Below are positions 7,991 through 19,539 of a DNA stretch of 43,511 bases, piece by piece. Under the pieces are notes generated by a model. It worked only from the letters and a program-made list of their open reading frames with translations, was not told the origin of the DNA and made no database searches. Position numbers and translations under genes: made by a program. Positions within the stretch are counted from its first letter, which is position 1, and each line of letters starts with the position of its first letter. The DNA is from Bacteroidales bacterium (GTDB lineage: Bacteria > Bacteroidota > Bacteroidia > Bacteroidales > UBA932), in the NCBI GenBank assembly GCA_030695165.1, contig JAUYTH010000123.1:1-43511 (forward strand), written 5' to 3'.

Positions 7991-9010
7991 ATGGATATTA
8001 CCCTTTTCTCAAATATTCTCAAGGAGCTTATACTCGAAAATGACAGAGTATCGCTGCCTGGTATGGGAAGTTTTATTGCAGAGATGGCACCATCTGTCTT
8101 TTCGGACAGAGCATTGGTTATTCACCCCCCATTCAGAAGAATACTGTTTCGTTCCAGTGAGTGCTGGAATGATGGTCTTTTGGAAGGCAGATACGCAAAA
8201 GAGAGGGAATTAGCTGAGGATATAGCTAAGCACGAGATCACCGAGTTTATAAAAAGAGTCAAGGTAGATCTTAGCACTAACAAAACATACAAGATTCCCG
8301 GGTTCGGCACTATGAGAGCCACCGAGCAAAATGACTACTTTTTTGTGGCAGATAAAGATCTTTTCAATTATGTGGAGGGTTACGGTCTTGCCCCTATTAA
8401 CATTAAAGTACTTTCCAAAAAAGGAGAGGTAGAGAAGCTTACCGGTAAGCCTGTTGAGAGGTTCTTCAAAGGAATACCTAAAGATCTTCTGGGGTTGTCC
8501 GCTATAGGAACAGACATAGAGAGTATTATAGAGGAGGCCGGCTCAGAGGAGTTCGATCCGGAAGTGATAATTGAGTCTCATTTAGAGGAGACCACTGCAT
8601 CTGAAGTCTCTGCTTATGAGAGTAAGAGAGGGCTTGAAGATCTTATCTCAATTGATGAGGAGGCTGCCCCAACACCACAACCAGTTGTTACTCCAATGCC
8701 TGAGCCAGTTGCTACCCCAAGACCACAACCTGTCTCGGTAACAACTCCGGGACCACAGCAGAAGCCTGTTCAAAAGCCTGTAAGCACACCAGCACCAACC
8801 CCAAGAGCGGTGCCGCAGAGCGAGGCTGCAGCAGAACCTGTAAAAAAGGGGAGCAGCAAGTTTGTGAAGAGGTTTATAACTATATTGGTGGTTATTTTCC
8901 TGCTTATTGCAGTTATTGCACTTTTAATAGTGTTCAAGGATGAACTTCGTCCGATACTTGAGTGGATACTCTATTCAAAAGAGGAGAGGGAGTTACTCAA
9001 ACTCAGCTGA
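7991..9010 (+). CDS. HU/IHF-like (HU-CCDC81 type) domain protein with acidic/Pro-rich linker and C-terminal TM helix
   Basis: [17 protein letters not shown] and a second IPGFGTM motif; GLAPINI; PTPQPV repeats; [23 protein letters not shown]. Confidence 0.7.
   Translation: MDITLFSNILKELILENDRVSLPGMGSFIAEMAPSVFSDRALVIHPPFRRILFRSSECWNDGLLEGRYAKERELAEDIAKHEITEFIKRVKVDLSTNKTYKIPGFGTMRATEQNDYFFVADKDLFNYVEGYGLAPINIKVLSKKGEVEKLTGKPVERFFKGIPKDLLGLSAIGTDIESIIEEAGSEEFDPEVIIESHLEETTASEVSAYESKRGLEDLISIDEEAAPTPQPVVTPMPEPVATPRPQPVSVTTPGPQQKPVQKPVSTPAPTPRAVPQSEAAAEPVKKGSSKFVKRFITILVVIFLLIAVIALLIVFKDELRPILEWILYSKEERELLKLS
8669..8740 (+). repeat. imperfect 24-nt tandem repeat x3 encoding a Pro-rich linker
   Basis: ccaacaccacaaccagttgttact / ccaatgcctgagccagttgctacc / ccaagaccacaacctgtctcggta. 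Confidence 0.65.
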
Positions 9011-11072
9011 TAGTAGAGCCGTTCTCAAGCCTCTCTTCGGGGCTTACAATTTTCATTTTGCCGTTCTCCTCTTTGGCCATAAGAATCATACCTTTGGATT
9101 CGATCCCTTTGATCTTTCTCGGAGCCAGATTTGCAAGTATGCAGATCTGTTTTCCGACCATCTCTTCAGGAGAGTAGTATTCTGCAATTCCTGACACTAT
9201 AGTGCGGATATCAAGCCCTGTATCTATTGTTAACTTAAGAAGTTTATCTGTTTTTGGTACCCTCTCTGCCTCAAGCACTGTTGCGGTGCGAATATCCATC
9301 TGCGAAAACTGGTCGTATGTGCACTCAATTTTAAGCGGTTCGGCAGGTGGTGGTGTAGCGGAAGTAGAAGAGTCTGCCTGCTGAGCATCGTTTGAACTTT
9401 TGGTCGCCTCAAGTTTTGCAACCTGAAACTCTATTTCGCTATCTTCAATCTTTTCAAAAAGCAGAGTTGCCTCGTTGAGTTTATGACCGGGATGCAGAAT
9501 AGAGATATTCCCGAACTCTTCCCAACGGCTGGTTTTCATATTGAGTATATAGCGCAGCTTCTTGGTTGTATGCGGCAGTATCGGTTCAAATGCAATTGCA
9601 AGGTTGGCACATATCTGCAGGGAGATGTTGAGAATGGTTGCAACCCTCTCCGGATCTGTCTTGACAACCTTCCAGGGCTCTGTATCTGTAAGGTACTTGT
9701 TTCCAAGGCGAGCCAGATTCATAGCCTCGCGCAGAGCCTCGCGAAACTTATAGTTTTCCAGATTATCCTCTATGCTCTTTTTAAGAACAGGAATCTGAGA
9801 GAGAACTTCATCGTCAATAGCTAAACAGTTTAGCGCTGCAGGGGTCTCCCCCTCAAAATATTTGTGGGTTAGAACTACTGCCCTGTTTACGAAATTGCCA
9901 AAAATTCCCACCAGTTCACTGTTGTTTCTGGTCTGGAAATCTTTCCAGGTGAAGTCGTTATCTTTTGTTTCGGGAGCATTTGCACAGAGTACATATCTTA
10001 ACACATCCTCCTTACCCGGGAACTCGTCCAGATATTCGTGGAGCCACACTGCCCAGTTACGGGAGGTGGATATTTTGTTGCCCTCAAGGTTGAGGAACTC
10101 ATTAGCAGGAACATTTTCCGGAAGGATGTAACCATCGCCGTACGCTTTGAGCATAGCGGGGAAAACAATACAATGGAAAACTATATTGTCTTTACCAATA
10201 AAGTGCACAAGCTTGGTATCTTCACTCTTCCACCACCTCTCCCAATCGTTTGGCATAAGCTCTATAGTGTTGGAGATGTATCCTATAGGAGCATCAAACC
10301 AAACGTATAGAACCTTTCCATCTGCACCATCCACAGGAACCGGAACTCCCCAATCCAGGTCACGGCTCACAGCCCTGGGTTGTAACCCGCCATCGAGCCA
10401 AGATTTACACTGCCCGTAAACATTCACTTTCCACTCCTTATGCCCCTCAAGAATCCACTCTTTAAGCCAGGACTCATATTGGTCAAGGGGCAGATACCAG
10501 TGTGAAGTACTCTTCATTATGGGCACATTGCCGCTTAGGGTAGATTTTGGATTTATTAGCTCGGTTGGGCTTAGAGTAGTGCCGCACTTCTCGCACTGGT
10601 CTCCATATGCCCCCTCCGCCATACATTTTGGACAGGTTCCGCAGATATATCTGTCTGCAAGAAACTGGTTGGCCTGTTCGTCGTAATACTGCTCACTCTC
10701 CCTCTCTATAAACTTCCCCTCATCATATAGCTTTTTAAAGAACTCAGATGCTGTTTTATGATGTATTGCAGAGCTTGTCCGGGAGTAGATGTCAAAACTG
10801 ATTCCAAGCCTCTCAAATGAGTCTTTAATGATAAGGTGGTATTTGTCCACAATCTCCTGAGGTGTACAGTTGTTCTGTTTTGCCTTGATGGTGATTGGAA
10901 CACCGTGTTCGTCCGACCCGCATATAAAACGGACATCCTCTCCCCGCATTCGTAGATATCTTGCATAGATGTCGGCAGGAATATAAACCCCTGCAAGATG
11001 TCCAATATGTACTGCTCCGTTTGCATAGGGCAGAGCTGCGGTGATTAGGTGTCGTTTAAAGTTGCTGTTCAT
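9003..11072 (-). CDS. metG: methionine--tRNA ligase with C-terminal tRNA-binding domain
   Basis: ALPYANG..HIGH, Zn knuckle CPKC..CEKC, YVWFDA, KISTS; ATG 11072 preferred because a TAACTTTG promoter box lies at 11094-11101. Confidence 0.97.
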   Translation of the reverse strand: MNSNFKRHLITAALPYANGAVHIGHLAGVYIPADIYARYLRMRGEDVRFICGSDEHGVPITIKAKQNNCTPQEIVDKYHLIIKDSFERLGISFDIYSRTSSAIHHKTASEFFKKLYDEGKFIERESEQYYDEQANQFLADRYICGTCPKCMAEGAYGDQCEKCGTTLSPTELINPKSTLSGNVPIMKSTSHWYLPLDQYESWLKEWILEGHKEWKVNVYGQCKSWLDGGLQPRAVSRDLDWGVPVPVDGADGKVLYVWFDAPIGYISNTIELMPNDWERWWKSEDTKLVHFIGKDNIVFHCIVFPAMLKAYGDGYILPENVPANEFLNLEGNKISTSRNWAVWLHEYLDEFPGKEDVLRYVLCANAPETKDNDFTWKDFQTRNNSELVGIFGNFVNRAVVLTHKYFEGETPAALNCLAIDDEVLSQIPVLKKSIEDNLENYKFREALREAMNLARLGNKYLTDTEPWKVVKTDPERVATILNISLQICANLAIAFEPILPHTTKKLRYILNMKTSRWEEFGNISILHPGHKLNEATLLFEKIEDSEIEFQVAKLEATKSSNDAQQADSSTSATPPPAEPLKIECTYDQFSQMDIRTATVLEAERVPKTDKLLKLTIDTGLDIRTIVSGIAEYYSPEEMVGKQICILANLAPRKIKGIESKGMILMAKEENGKMKIVSPEERLENGSTIS

Positions 11073-11110
11073 CAGTTGGAAAAATTTAGGCGACAAAGTT
11101 AAGAAAAATC

Positions 11111-13069
11111 TTAAATTGTTAATCTCTTAAGCTCCTTGGAGAAGGAGTTGCGAATGTGCATCAATATCTGAAGCTGCTCCATAAGCTCGTTCTGCCGTAT
11201 GCTGTCTTTATCTTTTTCTGCCAGGGAGAGATCTTTACAGAGATTTTGATAGGCTATTGCAGTAATCTTGGCTTTATAGATGAGGATAGATTTTGGAACC
11301 ATAGTGGAGAGCAGATGCTCCTCGGGAGGTATCTCTGCAACAAATTGTTTAATTGTGAGGTTATGCTCCTTATGGAGAAGATCCAGCACCACATTTACAA
11401 AATCCTGATTTCTGTGGTTCAGAAAGTGTTTTTGAATCTCTTGCTGACCAATCTCCTTTACAAGATAGTACTCGTCGAAGATGTTTTTGTATATAAGGTT
11501 CTGAAGTTCAAGATCGTCATTAGAGAGCTCTGTAAGGATAAACTGAGAGACAGTGACCGATGCCGGATTCTCTTCGTCTGCTCCATAGAGTGGGTGTTCG
11601 CCGAATTTTATTAGATAGTAGAGAAGTTCCCTCTCTGCAGGTTCGCAATAGGTGTTGGTGATAAATTCGGGCAGCCTCTCTCCTGTCTCAAGAACAGGAA
11701 AATAGAGCGGAACTCCCGGCTCGGGAGCAGGGGTATACTCAGTTGAGTAGGCTCCGTACTGCCTCTTTTTGCGCAACTTCTTAACCTCGGTAGAGAGAAT
11801 CTCCTCAGAGATATTTAGCCTGGTAGAGCACTCCTCTATGTAGACAGCCCTGCTTATGGCATCCGGGATAACCGCTATGCTGGCAACCACCTCCTGAATA
11901 AGCTGAGCCCTCTTAATAGGGTCCTTTTTTGTCTCTGCAGATAGCAGCCTGGTTTTAAAAGCTATAAAATCCTCCTGATTATCCTGGAGGAATTGTTTGA
12001 GAACCTCCGGGCTGTTCTTTCTTGCAAAGGAGTCCGGATCCTCCCCATCCGGGAAGAGAACCACCTTAATGCGAAGCCCCTCCTCCAGAAGCATATCTAT
12101 ACCCCGTAGAGAGGCCTTGATACCGGCCTCATCTCCGTCGTAAAGAATTGTCACCTCAGGGGCAAATCGTTTTATGAGACGAATCTGCTCAGTGGTAAGG
12201 GATGTGCCGCTTGATGCCACTACATTCTCTACACCCGATTTGTGAAATGCCAGAACATCGGTATAACCTTCAACCAGATAGCATTTTTGCATCTTGGTGA
12301 TAGAGCTCTTTGCAAAGAAAATTCCGTAGAGAGTTCTACTCTTGATATATATCTCGGTCTCTGGGGAGTTAATATACTTTGCGACTGTTTTATCTGCCCG
12401 AAGTGTTCTGCCTCCAAAGGCAATTGCCCTTCCGGAGATTGAGTGGACAGGGAACATAACTCTGTCGTAAAAACGGTCTATGAGCTCTTTATCTGAGTCC
12501 CGCTCAATGGAGAGCCCTGCGGCAATAAGAAACTCCTTTTTGTAACCCGCTTTTAGAGCTGCTTTACTGAGCGAATCCCTACCGGAGGGGGCCCAGCCAA
12601 GCATAAATTTCTTAATAAGTGCCTCGTCAAAACCCCTCTCCTTAAAGTAACTTAGACCAACAGCCACCCCCTGGTCTGTATTCCAGAGAGAGTCTGTGTA
12701 GAACTCCTGAGCAAACTGGGTGACTGCCAGCAGAGATTCCGACCTTAATCTGTTCTGGGCATCCTGCTCTGTCTCCTCCCTGTCTGCTATCTCGATGGAG
12801 TATTTTCTTCCGAGAAACTTAAGAGCATCTACATAACCCAGCTGTTCGTGCTCCATAACGAAATTGACCGAGTTGCCCGCTTTCCCGCAACCGAAGCATT
12901 TGAATATTCCCTTGGAGGGAGAGACTGAGAAGGAGGGTGTCTTTTCGTGATGAAAAGGGCAGCAAGCCATATAGTTTGCCCCCCTTCTTCGCAATGCAAC
13001 AAAATCGCCGACTACATCAACAATTTGTGCCGCATCCAGTATTTTCTCTATAGTCTCTTTACTAATCAT
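11111..13069 (-). CDS. dnaG: DNA primase
   Basis: [15 protein letters not shown] zinc finger, [28 protein letters not shown]; ATG 13069 overlaps the trpS stop. Confidence 0.97.
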   Translation of the reverse strand: MISKETIEKILDAAQIVDVVGDFVALRRRGANYMACCPFHHEKTPSFSVSPSKGIFKCFGCGKAGNSVNFVMEHEQLGYVDALKFLGRKYSIEIADREETEQDAQNRLRSESLLAVTQFAQEFYTDSLWNTDQGVAVGLSYFKERGFDEALIKKFMLGWAPSGRDSLSKAALKAGYKKEFLIAAGLSIERDSDKELIDRFYDRVMFPVHSISGRAIAFGGRTLRADKTVAKYINSPETEIYIKSRTLYGIFFAKSSITKMQKCYLVEGYTDVLAFHKSGVENVVASSGTSLTTEQIRLIKRFAPEVTILYDGDEAGIKASLRGIDMLLEEGLRIKVVLFPDGEDPDSFARKNSPEVLKQFLQDNQEDFIAFKTRLLSAETKKDPIKRAQLIQEVVASIAVIPDAISRAVYIEECSTRLNISEEILSTEVKKLRKKRQYGAYSTEYTPAPEPGVPLYFPVLETGERLPEFITNTYCEPAERELLYYLIKFGEHPLYGADEENPASVTVSQFILTELSNDDLELQNLIYKNIFDEYYLVKEIGQQEIQKHFLNHRNQDFVNVVLDLLHKEHNLTIKQFVAEIPPEEHLLSTMVPKSILIYKAKITAIAYQNLCKDLSLAEKDKDSIRQNELMEQLQILMHIRNSFSKELKRLTI

Positions 13070-14066
13070 CACTGTTAAGGAAGCTCCTGAAGCCAACTGC
13101 TTTTCTAACCTCTTTGAGAGTTGCGTTCGCACTCTCTCTGGCCAGGTCTGTTCCTCTTTTTACCACCTTACGCAGGTAGTCTTCATCTTTGTAGATCTCC
13201 TCTATTCTCGCTTTAATCGGGAGCGTCTGAGCGCAGATATCCTCTGCAAGTTGCTTTTTAAGATCTCCGTAGCGTATTGTGCAGTTGTTGTAGCTCTCCA
13301 TAAAGTGGGCTACACTCTCTTTTTTGGAGACAATATTGAGAAGTGTAAACAGATTTGCAACAGAGTCCGGCATAGGGCTGTTTGGCTCCGTAGGGCCGCT
13401 GTCTGTTACTGCCTTCATCACTTTCTTTCGTATAGTTTGCTCATCATCACATAGATAAATTCCATTACCCTCGCTTTTGCCCATCTTTCCGCTTCCGTCT
13501 AACCCCGGCACCTTAACCAGATCGTCTCCGAAGTTAAAGGCTTTTGGCTCCGGAAATACCGGTGAGTTGTAAAAAGTGTTAAACCTTCTTGCAAGCACTC
13601 GTGCCATCTCCAGATGCTGCTCCTGATCTTTACCGACAGGGACCAGGTTTGCCCTGTGGATAAGAATATCTGAGGCCATAAGAACCGGATAGGTGAGCAG
13701 CCCGGCATTGATGTTGTCTGGCTGCTGTCTCACCTTGTCCTTGAATGATGTTGTCCTCTCCAGCTCCCCTTTATATGAGATCATATTCAACAGAATATAG
13801 AGCTCCAGTATCTCAGGAACATCGCTCTGTACAAAGATTGCAGATTTTTCGGGATCCAGACCGGAAGCCAGATACTCTGCAAGTATTGTCCTAACCCCGG
13901 CGTGAAAGTCATCTGGGTGAGGGTGAGTGGTTAATGAATGCAGGTCTGCAATAAAGAAGAAGCAGTTATAGTTATCCTGCATCTTAATATAGTTCCTGAG
14001 TGCACCGTAATAGTTCCCGAGGTGCAGATGTCCTGTAGACCGGATTCCGCTTAATACAATTTCCAT
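13062..14066 (-). CDS. trpS: tryptophan--tRNA ligase
   Basis: HLGNY, ADLHSLT, YPVLMASDIL, VPVGKDQEQH, KMGKS. Confidence 0.97.
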   Translation of the reverse strand: MEIVLSGIRSTGHLHLGNYYGALRNYIKMQDNYNCFFFIADLHSLTTHPHPDDFHAGVRTILAEYLASGLDPEKSAIFVQSDVPEILELYILLNMISYKGELERTTSFKDKVRQQPDNINAGLLTYPVLMASDILIHRANLVPVGKDQEQHLEMARVLARRFNTFYNSPVFPEPKAFNFGDDLVKVPGLDGSGKMGKSEGNGIYLCDDEQTIRKKVMKAVTDSGPTEPNSPMPDSVANLFTLLNIVSKKESVAHFMESYNNCTIRYGDLKKQLAEDICAQTLPIKARIEEIYKDEDYLRKVVKRGTDLARESANATLKEVRKAVGFRSFLNSDD

Positions 14067-14085
14067 CTGTTTTTTTTGAGCTGTT

Positions 14086-15120
14086 TTAGTCTCTGCTCTC
14101 CTGTAGTTTGAGACGTATTTTTTGTTCTATCTCCTCCATCAAAGCAGGGTTGTCCAGAATAATCTGCTTAACGGTGTCTCTTCCCTGACCCAGTTTGGTA
14201 TCTCCATAGCTGAACCACGAGCCGCTTTTTTTAATGATATCAAAGTCTACTCCAAGGTCAATTATCTCTCCGATTTTTGAAATTCCCTCACCAAATACGA
14301 TATCGAACTCTGCTTTCCTGAAAGGGGGAGCAAGTTTGTTTTTCACAATTTTTGCCCTAACCCTGTTTCCGGTAGCCTCTTCGCCATCTTTTAGTTGGGT
14401 AATCCTGCGGACATCCACCCGTACAGATGAGTAAAACTTAAGTGCGTTTCCTCCGGTTGTTGTCTCCGGATTGCCAAACATAACCCCGATTTTATCTCGG
14501 AGCTGGTTGATAAAGATGCAGCAGGTATTAGTTTTACTAATGTTTGCAGTGAGTTTTCTTAACGCCTGGCTCATAAGCCTTGCCTGAAGACCCATCTTTG
14601 AGTCTCCCATCTCTCCCTCAATCTCTGCCTTTGGGGTAAGGGCTGCAACCGAGTCGATCACAATTACATCTATTGCACCGCTGCGAATAAGATGGTCTGT
14701 AATCTCGAGCGCCTGCTCTCCGTTATCCGGCTGTGAAATGAGAAGAGTATCCACATCTACACCCAGCTTTTTTGCATATGTTCTATCAAAAGCGTGCTCT
14801 GCATCAATAATCGCAGCAATTCCTCCCACTTTTTGAGCCTCAGCAATAGCGTGTATTGCAAGAGTTGTCTTACCGCTGGACTCAGGCCCGTAAATCTCAA
14901 CCACTCTTCCCCTTGGGTATCCGCCTATTCCCAAAGCGAAGTCCAGGGATATAGATCCCGACGGGATAGTAGAGACCTCCCATTTTGGCTGCTCTCCCAA
15001 CTTCATAACGGTGCCCTTCCCGTAATCCTTCTCAATCTTGTCCAACGTGGCCTGCAGGGCCTTCAGCTTCTCGGGATTAATCCCGGCACCTCTGTTAACT
15101 TCTTCCTTCTCCTTTGCCAT
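14086..15120 (-). CDS. recA: recombinase RecA
   Basis: [39 protein letters not shown]. Confidence 0.99.
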   Translation of the reverse strand: MAKEKEEVNRGAGINPEKLKALQATLDKIEKDYGKGTVMKLGEQPKWEVSTIPSGSISLDFALGIGGYPRGRVVEIYGPESSGKTTLAIHAIAEAQKVGGIAAIIDAEHAFDRTYAKKLGVDVDTLLISQPDNGEQALEITDHLIRSGAIDVIVIDSVAALTPKAEIEGEMGDSKMGLQARLMSQALRKLTANISKTNTCCIFINQLRDKIGVMFGNPETTTGGNALKFYSSVRVDVRRITQLKDGEEATGNRVRAKIVKNKLAPPFRKAEFDIVFGEGISKIGEIIDLGVDFDIIKKSGSWFSYGDTKLGQGRDTVKQIILDNPALMEEIEQKIRLKLQESRD

Positions 15121-15139
15121 AATGTTTATGTTTTAAATT

Positions 15140-15185
15140 CCTGCAAAAATAACAAATGATTTTCAAATTTCTCTACATTTGCAGG
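15140..15185. promoter_or_regulatory. back-to-back -7 boxes for recA (-) and rlmN (+)
   Basis: TATTTTTG on - (15144-15151) and TACATTTG on + (15174-15181), each followed by CAGG. Confidence 0.65.
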
Positions 15186-16226
15186 ATGAAAAAATGGTTA
15201 CTTGGAGCGACTTTACCCGAACTCAGGGAAATAACAGATAATCTGTTACTTCCGGCATTTACGGCAAAACAGATTTTGGACTGGCTTTACAAAAAAAAGG
15301 TAAAAGATATCGCTCAGATGAGCAACCTCTCGGTGAGTTCCAGAGAAAGGCTCGCCGAGCATTTTGAGGTTGGAGGGTATGCACCACTTGAGGAGAGTAT
15401 ATCTGCAGACGGAACTAAAAAGTACCTCTTCTCCTCACTAACCGGAACTCCCATTGAGTCGGTTATGATACCGGACGAAGATAGGGCTACTCTATGCATC
15501 TCATCACAGGCGGGGTGCAAAATGGGTTGTCACTTCTGTATGACGGGGAGGATGGGCTTTAAGGGGCACCTCACTGCGGGCGAGATTATATCACAAATCA
15601 TAAATGTAAAGGAGAGCGACAAACTCACCAATGTGGTCTATATGGGAATGGGGGAGCCGCTGGACAACTATGAACAGGTTCTAAGAAGCACTCAGATTCT
15701 CACATCTGATTGGGGTTTTGGATGGAGCCCAAAAAGAGTTACCGTATCTACAATAGGGGTTGGGAGTACATTGAGAAGATTTCTGGATGAGTCAAAGTGC
15801 CACCTGGCTGTTTCACTTCACAACCCTTTTGAACGGGAGCGTGCAGAGATGATGCCGATGCAAAAGGCGTGGCCGATTGAGGAGATTGTCTCGATGATTA
15901 AGGAGTATGACTTTACCGGCCAGAGGAGGGTCAGTTTTGAGTATATTATGTTCTCGGGGTGGAATGACACAAAAAGACACGCAGATGCCCTTACACGAAT
16001 GCTCAAAGGGCTTGAATGCCGTGTAAACCTTATTAGATTTCATCAGATTCCGGATTTCCAGTATAAAAGCTCTCCGGATCTTATCATAGAAAATTTCAGG
16101 GATAGACTTAACAGAGCGGGAGTAATATCTACCATAAGAGCTTCACGAGGGGAGGATATTCTGGCTGCCTGTGGTATGTTGAGCGGAAACAGTATAAAAA
16201 AAGAGTTCAATGAACAGGAGTTCTAA
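15186..16226 (+). CDS. rlmN: 23S rRNA m2A2503/tRNA m2A37 radical SAM methyltransferase
   Basis: DGTKKYLF, CISSQAGCKMGCHFC, MGMGEPL, SLH, AACGML. Confidence 0.95.
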   Translation: MKKWLLGATLPELREITDNLLLPAFTAKQILDWLYKKKVKDIAQMSNLSVSSRERLAEHFEVGGYAPLEESISADGTKKYLFSSLTGTPIESVMIPDEDRATLCISSQAGCKMGCHFCMTGRMGFKGHLTAGEIISQIINVKESDKLTNVVYMGMGEPLDNYEQVLRSTQILTSDWGFGWSPKRVTVSTIGVGSTLRRFLDESKCHLAVSLHNPFERERAEMMPMQKAWPIEEIVSMIKEYDFTGQRRVSFEYIMFSGWNDTKRHADALTRMLKGLECRVNLIRFHQIPDFQYKSSPDLIIENFRDRLNRAGVISTIRASRGEDILAACGMLSGNSIKKEFNEQEF

Positions 16227-19041
16227 TGTGTCAGATTACAAAGGTTTAACCAATGAACAGGCAAAAGAGAGCCGCAGAGTCAATGGAGAGAACATTCTAA
16301 CCCCACCGCCAAGAGAGCCGATGTGGCGTCTCTTCCTTGGAAAATTTAACGATCCGATAATTAGAATTCTATTAATAGCGGCGCTGCTCTCGCTGTTAAT
16401 CTCCATTCGCAGCGGAGAGATTTATGAGACCATCGGGATAATCTTTGCTATTCTGCTGGCAACCGGAATCTCCTTCTGGTTTGAGGCAGATGCCGGGAAA
16501 AAATTCAATCTGCTCAACAAGGTTAATGAGGAGAATCCCGTAAAGGTGATTCGGGACGGCTCTATTACAGAGGTTCCCAAGAGAGATATAGTTGTTGGAG
16601 ATATTGTAATCCTGGATGCAGGAGAGGAGGTTCCGGCAGATGGAGAGCTTCTGGAGGCAGTTTCCCTCTCCGTAAACGAATCTGCACTTACAGGAGAGCC
16701 ACTGGCGAGGAAGAGGGTCAACCCTAACGAACTCTCTAGTGAAGCCACCTATCCTGTCAATCAGATCTATAAAAGCACTACGGTTTTAGAGGGGTATTGC
16801 CTCTGCAGGGTAACATCTGTGGGAGACAATACCGAATACGGAAAGGTTGCAAGACGCTCGGCCGAGATCAGCAATGAGCCTACCCCTCTGAACAGACAGC
16901 TTGAGGGGCTGGCCAGGTTTATCGGATTTGCCGGTTTTATACTTGCCGTGGCGACATTTGCAGCACTCTTTGTCAAAGATATCTTTTTAGGAGAGGCGCA
17001 TTACGGAGCTGCCCCTTTGTGGACCCTTTTTACGGTAATAGCTGCCGGGTTTGTTGCCATTGCAAAGGTTTGGATTCCGATTATTATGGAGGGGGTAGAG
17101 CTGCTGAGGCCGGGAGTTAAACATCCCGGTTTTGCTAAACTAAGCTGGGGAGTATATGCTCTTATAGCTATCACTCTGGCTCTAATATCTTTTGTTATAG
17201 GATACCTTGTCGGCTATAACCCGCTGGAGTCTGCATCCTGGATTGATGGTAATATGGCCCTGCAGATACTTAAATATTTTATGGTATCTGTTACTCTTAT
17301 AGTTGTTGCAGTACCGGAGGGGCTACCTATGGCAGTGACTCTCTCTCTTGCTCTTAGTATGAGAAAGATGCTCACCAGCAATAATCTGGTAAGAAAGATG
17401 CACGCAACCGAGACAATGGGAGCAGCAACAGTGATCTGCACAGATAAAACTGGGACACTTACCCAAAACCAGATGCGGGTTTCATTTGAACATTTTGTTG
17501 AAAATCCGGAGATTATAGAGAGTAGCATTGCCCTGAACTCAACGGCCCATCTGGACAGATCTGTCGAGGGAAAAATCCGTACTCTGGGAAACCCCACTGA
17601 AGCTGCCCTGCTAATCTGGCTCAGTGAAAACGGCAAAGATTATCTAAAAATACGGGAGAGTTCAAAGATTATAAACCAACTTACATTCTCTACTGAAAGA
17701 AAATATATGGCAACAGTTGCCCTCTCTCCCGAATCGGGGAGATACCATCTTTTTGTAAAGGGTGCTCCGGAGATTGTTGCTTCATTTACAACAGACTACC
17801 CCGCAGATGTCTCCGCAATACTTGCCGGATATCAGGCCAGGGCAATGAGAACACTGGGCTTTGGTTATCGTGAAATTTCACCCGACAGGGCCATAGAGGA
17901 TGTGGAGAGCCTTGTTAAGGAGGGTGGGCTTACATATCTTGGGGTTGTTGCAATTTCAGATCCTCTGCGGGAGGATGTTACCGAAGCTGTTGCCAATTGC
18001 GTAGGTGCAGGGATAGAGGTGAAGATGATTACCGGGGATACTCCGGGAACAGCCCGGGAGATTGCCCGTCGGATAGGGATTCTTGGAGAGGATGAGCTGG
18101 TAAGCGGAGTAATCTCGGGGCTTGATTTTGATTCTCTTACTGATATTGAGGCTATGGAGAGGCTCCCTTTCATTAAAGTGATGTGCAGGGCAAGGCCGGC
18201 AGATAAAGAGAGGATGGTGCGGTTGCTTCAGAGGTTGGGTGAAGTGGTTGCCGTTACCGGTGACGGTACAAATGACGCTCCTGCCCTTAACCACGCCCAC
18301 GTGGGTCTCTCAATGGGCTCGGGCACATCGGTTGCCAAAGAGGCCAGCGACATAACCCTGCTGGATGACTCCTTCAGTTCAATCGTAACGGCAGTGCTAT
18401 GGGGTAGGTCACTCTACAGCAATATTCAGAGGTTCCTCATTTTTCAGCTCACAATAAATGTAACAGCTCTTGTGGTTGTACTGCTTGGCTCAATTTTCGG
18501 GAAGGAGATACCTCTCACTATTACTCAAATGTTATGGGTAAATCTTATAATGGACACATTTGCAGCCGGTGCCCTCGCTTCGCTGCCTCCGGATATAAGA
18601 GTTCTCAAGGAGAGACCAAGAAGCCCCGGGGCGTTTATTGTTACCCCATCTATGAGGGTCAACATTCTAATTACAGCTCTGCTCTTCATTGCAGGGCTTC
18701 TAACGATGCTATGGTATTTGGGAGATGTAAACAATGAGATATCTGAGTATAACATCTCTCTCTTCTTTACAATCTTTGTTATGTTGCAGTTCTGGAATCT
18801 CTTCAATGCAAAGGCGTTTTTAACGGGAAAATCTGCCTTTAAAGGGATTCTTGCAAGCCCTGCATTTATGGTGGTTGCAAGTGCAATAATTTTCGGTCAA
18901 CTTCTGATTGTGGAGTTCGGCGGAGAGCTTTTTAGAACTGTTCCGCTCACATTTCGTGACTGGATGTTGGTTATAGCAGGCACCTCTGTTGTGCTTTGGA
19001 TAGGTGAGACTGTGAGGTTTTTCAAAAGAAGAGTTCTCTGA
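16210..19041 (+). CDS. calcium-translocating P-type ATPase (P2, PMCA-like)
   Basis: TGE, VAVPEGLP, DKTGTLT, KGAPE, TGD, GDGTNDAPAL, LWVNLIMD. Confidence 0.92.
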   Translation: MNRSSNVSDYKGLTNEQAKESRRVNGENILTPPPREPMWRLFLGKFNDPIIRILLIAALLSLLISIRSGEIYETIGIIFAILLATGISFWFEADAGKKFNLLNKVNEENPVKVIRDGSITEVPKRDIVVGDIVILDAGEEVPADGELLEAVSLSVNESALTGEPLARKRVNPNELSSEATYPVNQIYKSTTVLEGYCLCRVTSVGDNTEYGKVARRSAEISNEPTPLNRQLEGLARFIGFAGFILAVATFAALFVKDIFLGEAHYGAAPLWTLFTVIAAGFVAIAKVWIPIIMEGVELLRPGVKHPGFAKLSWGVYALIAITLALISFVIGYLVGYNPLESASWIDGNMALQILKYFMVSVTLIVVAVPEGLPMAVTLSLALSMRKMLTSNNLVRKMHATETMGAATVICTDKTGTLTQNQMRVSFEHFVENPEIIESSIALNSTAHLDRSVEGKIRTLGNPTEAALLIWLSENGKDYLKIRESSKIINQLTFSTERKYMATVALSPESGRYHLFVKGAPEIVASFTTDYPADVSAILAGYQARAMRTLGFGYREISPDRAIEDVESLVKEGGLTYLGVVAISDPLREDVTEAVANCVGAGIEVKMITGDTPGTAREIARRIGILGEDELVSGVISGLDFDSLTDIEAMERLPFIKVMCRARPADKERMVRLLQRLGEVVAVTGDGTNDAPALNHAHVGLSMGSGTSVAKEASDITLLDDSFSSIVTAVLWGRSLYSNIQRFLIFQLTINVTALVVVLLGSIFGKEIPLTITQMLWVNLIMDTFAAGALASLPPDIRVLKERPRSPGAFIVTPSMRVNILITALLFIAGLLTMLWYLGDVNNEISEYNISLFFTIFVMLQFWNLFNAKAFLTGKSAFKGILASPAFMVVASAIIFGQLLIVEFGGELFRTVPLTFRDWMLVIAGTSVVLWIGETVRFFKRRVL

Positions 19042-19042
19042 A

Positions 19043-19519
19043 ATGGAAAAGAGCCTCAACGCTCTCTCTGCAATGCAGAGGATATGTTCGGTACGGGAGT
19101 GCTGCAGGAGTGAGATATTAAATAAACTAAAGAGATACTCCCTAACTTTGGAAGAGGTAGATGAGATTATTAAATCTCTGGAAGAGGATAAGTTTTTTGA
19201 CCACAACAGGTATGCACAATCATTTGTTAGAGACAAGAGCTCTTTGAGTGGGTGGGGGCCGGCAAAAATACGGTGGTCACTCAGGAGCAAGGCAATAGAG
19301 GATGAGATAATTGAGAGTGCAATGTCAACAATAACTCCGCTTCAGAGAGAGGAGAAGCTCAACTCTATTTTGGAGAGGAAGCTGCCTACCTTAAAAAAGG
19401 AGGATAGGGAGAAGATAAGAGCGAAACTTATTCGCTTTGCACTCTCCCGCGGTTTTGAGTACGAGAAGGTTTTGAGTGCGGTAAACAGATTATTGGCTAA
19501 CTTTGCAGCAATAGATTGA
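19043..19519 (+). CDS. recX: regulatory protein RecX
   Basis: CSVRECC..E, FFDHNRYAQSFVRDK, GWGPAKI, KLIRFALSRGF. Confidence 0.88.
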   Translation: MEKSLNALSAMQRICSVRECCRSEILNKLKRYSLTLEEVDEIIKSLEEDKFFDHNRYAQSFVRDKSSLSGWGPAKIRWSLRSKAIEDEIIESAMSTITPLQREEKLNSILERKLPTLKKEDREKIRAKLIRFALSRGFEYEKVLSAVNRLLANFAAID

Positions 19520-19539
19520 TTTAAAAAATAGATAAAATT

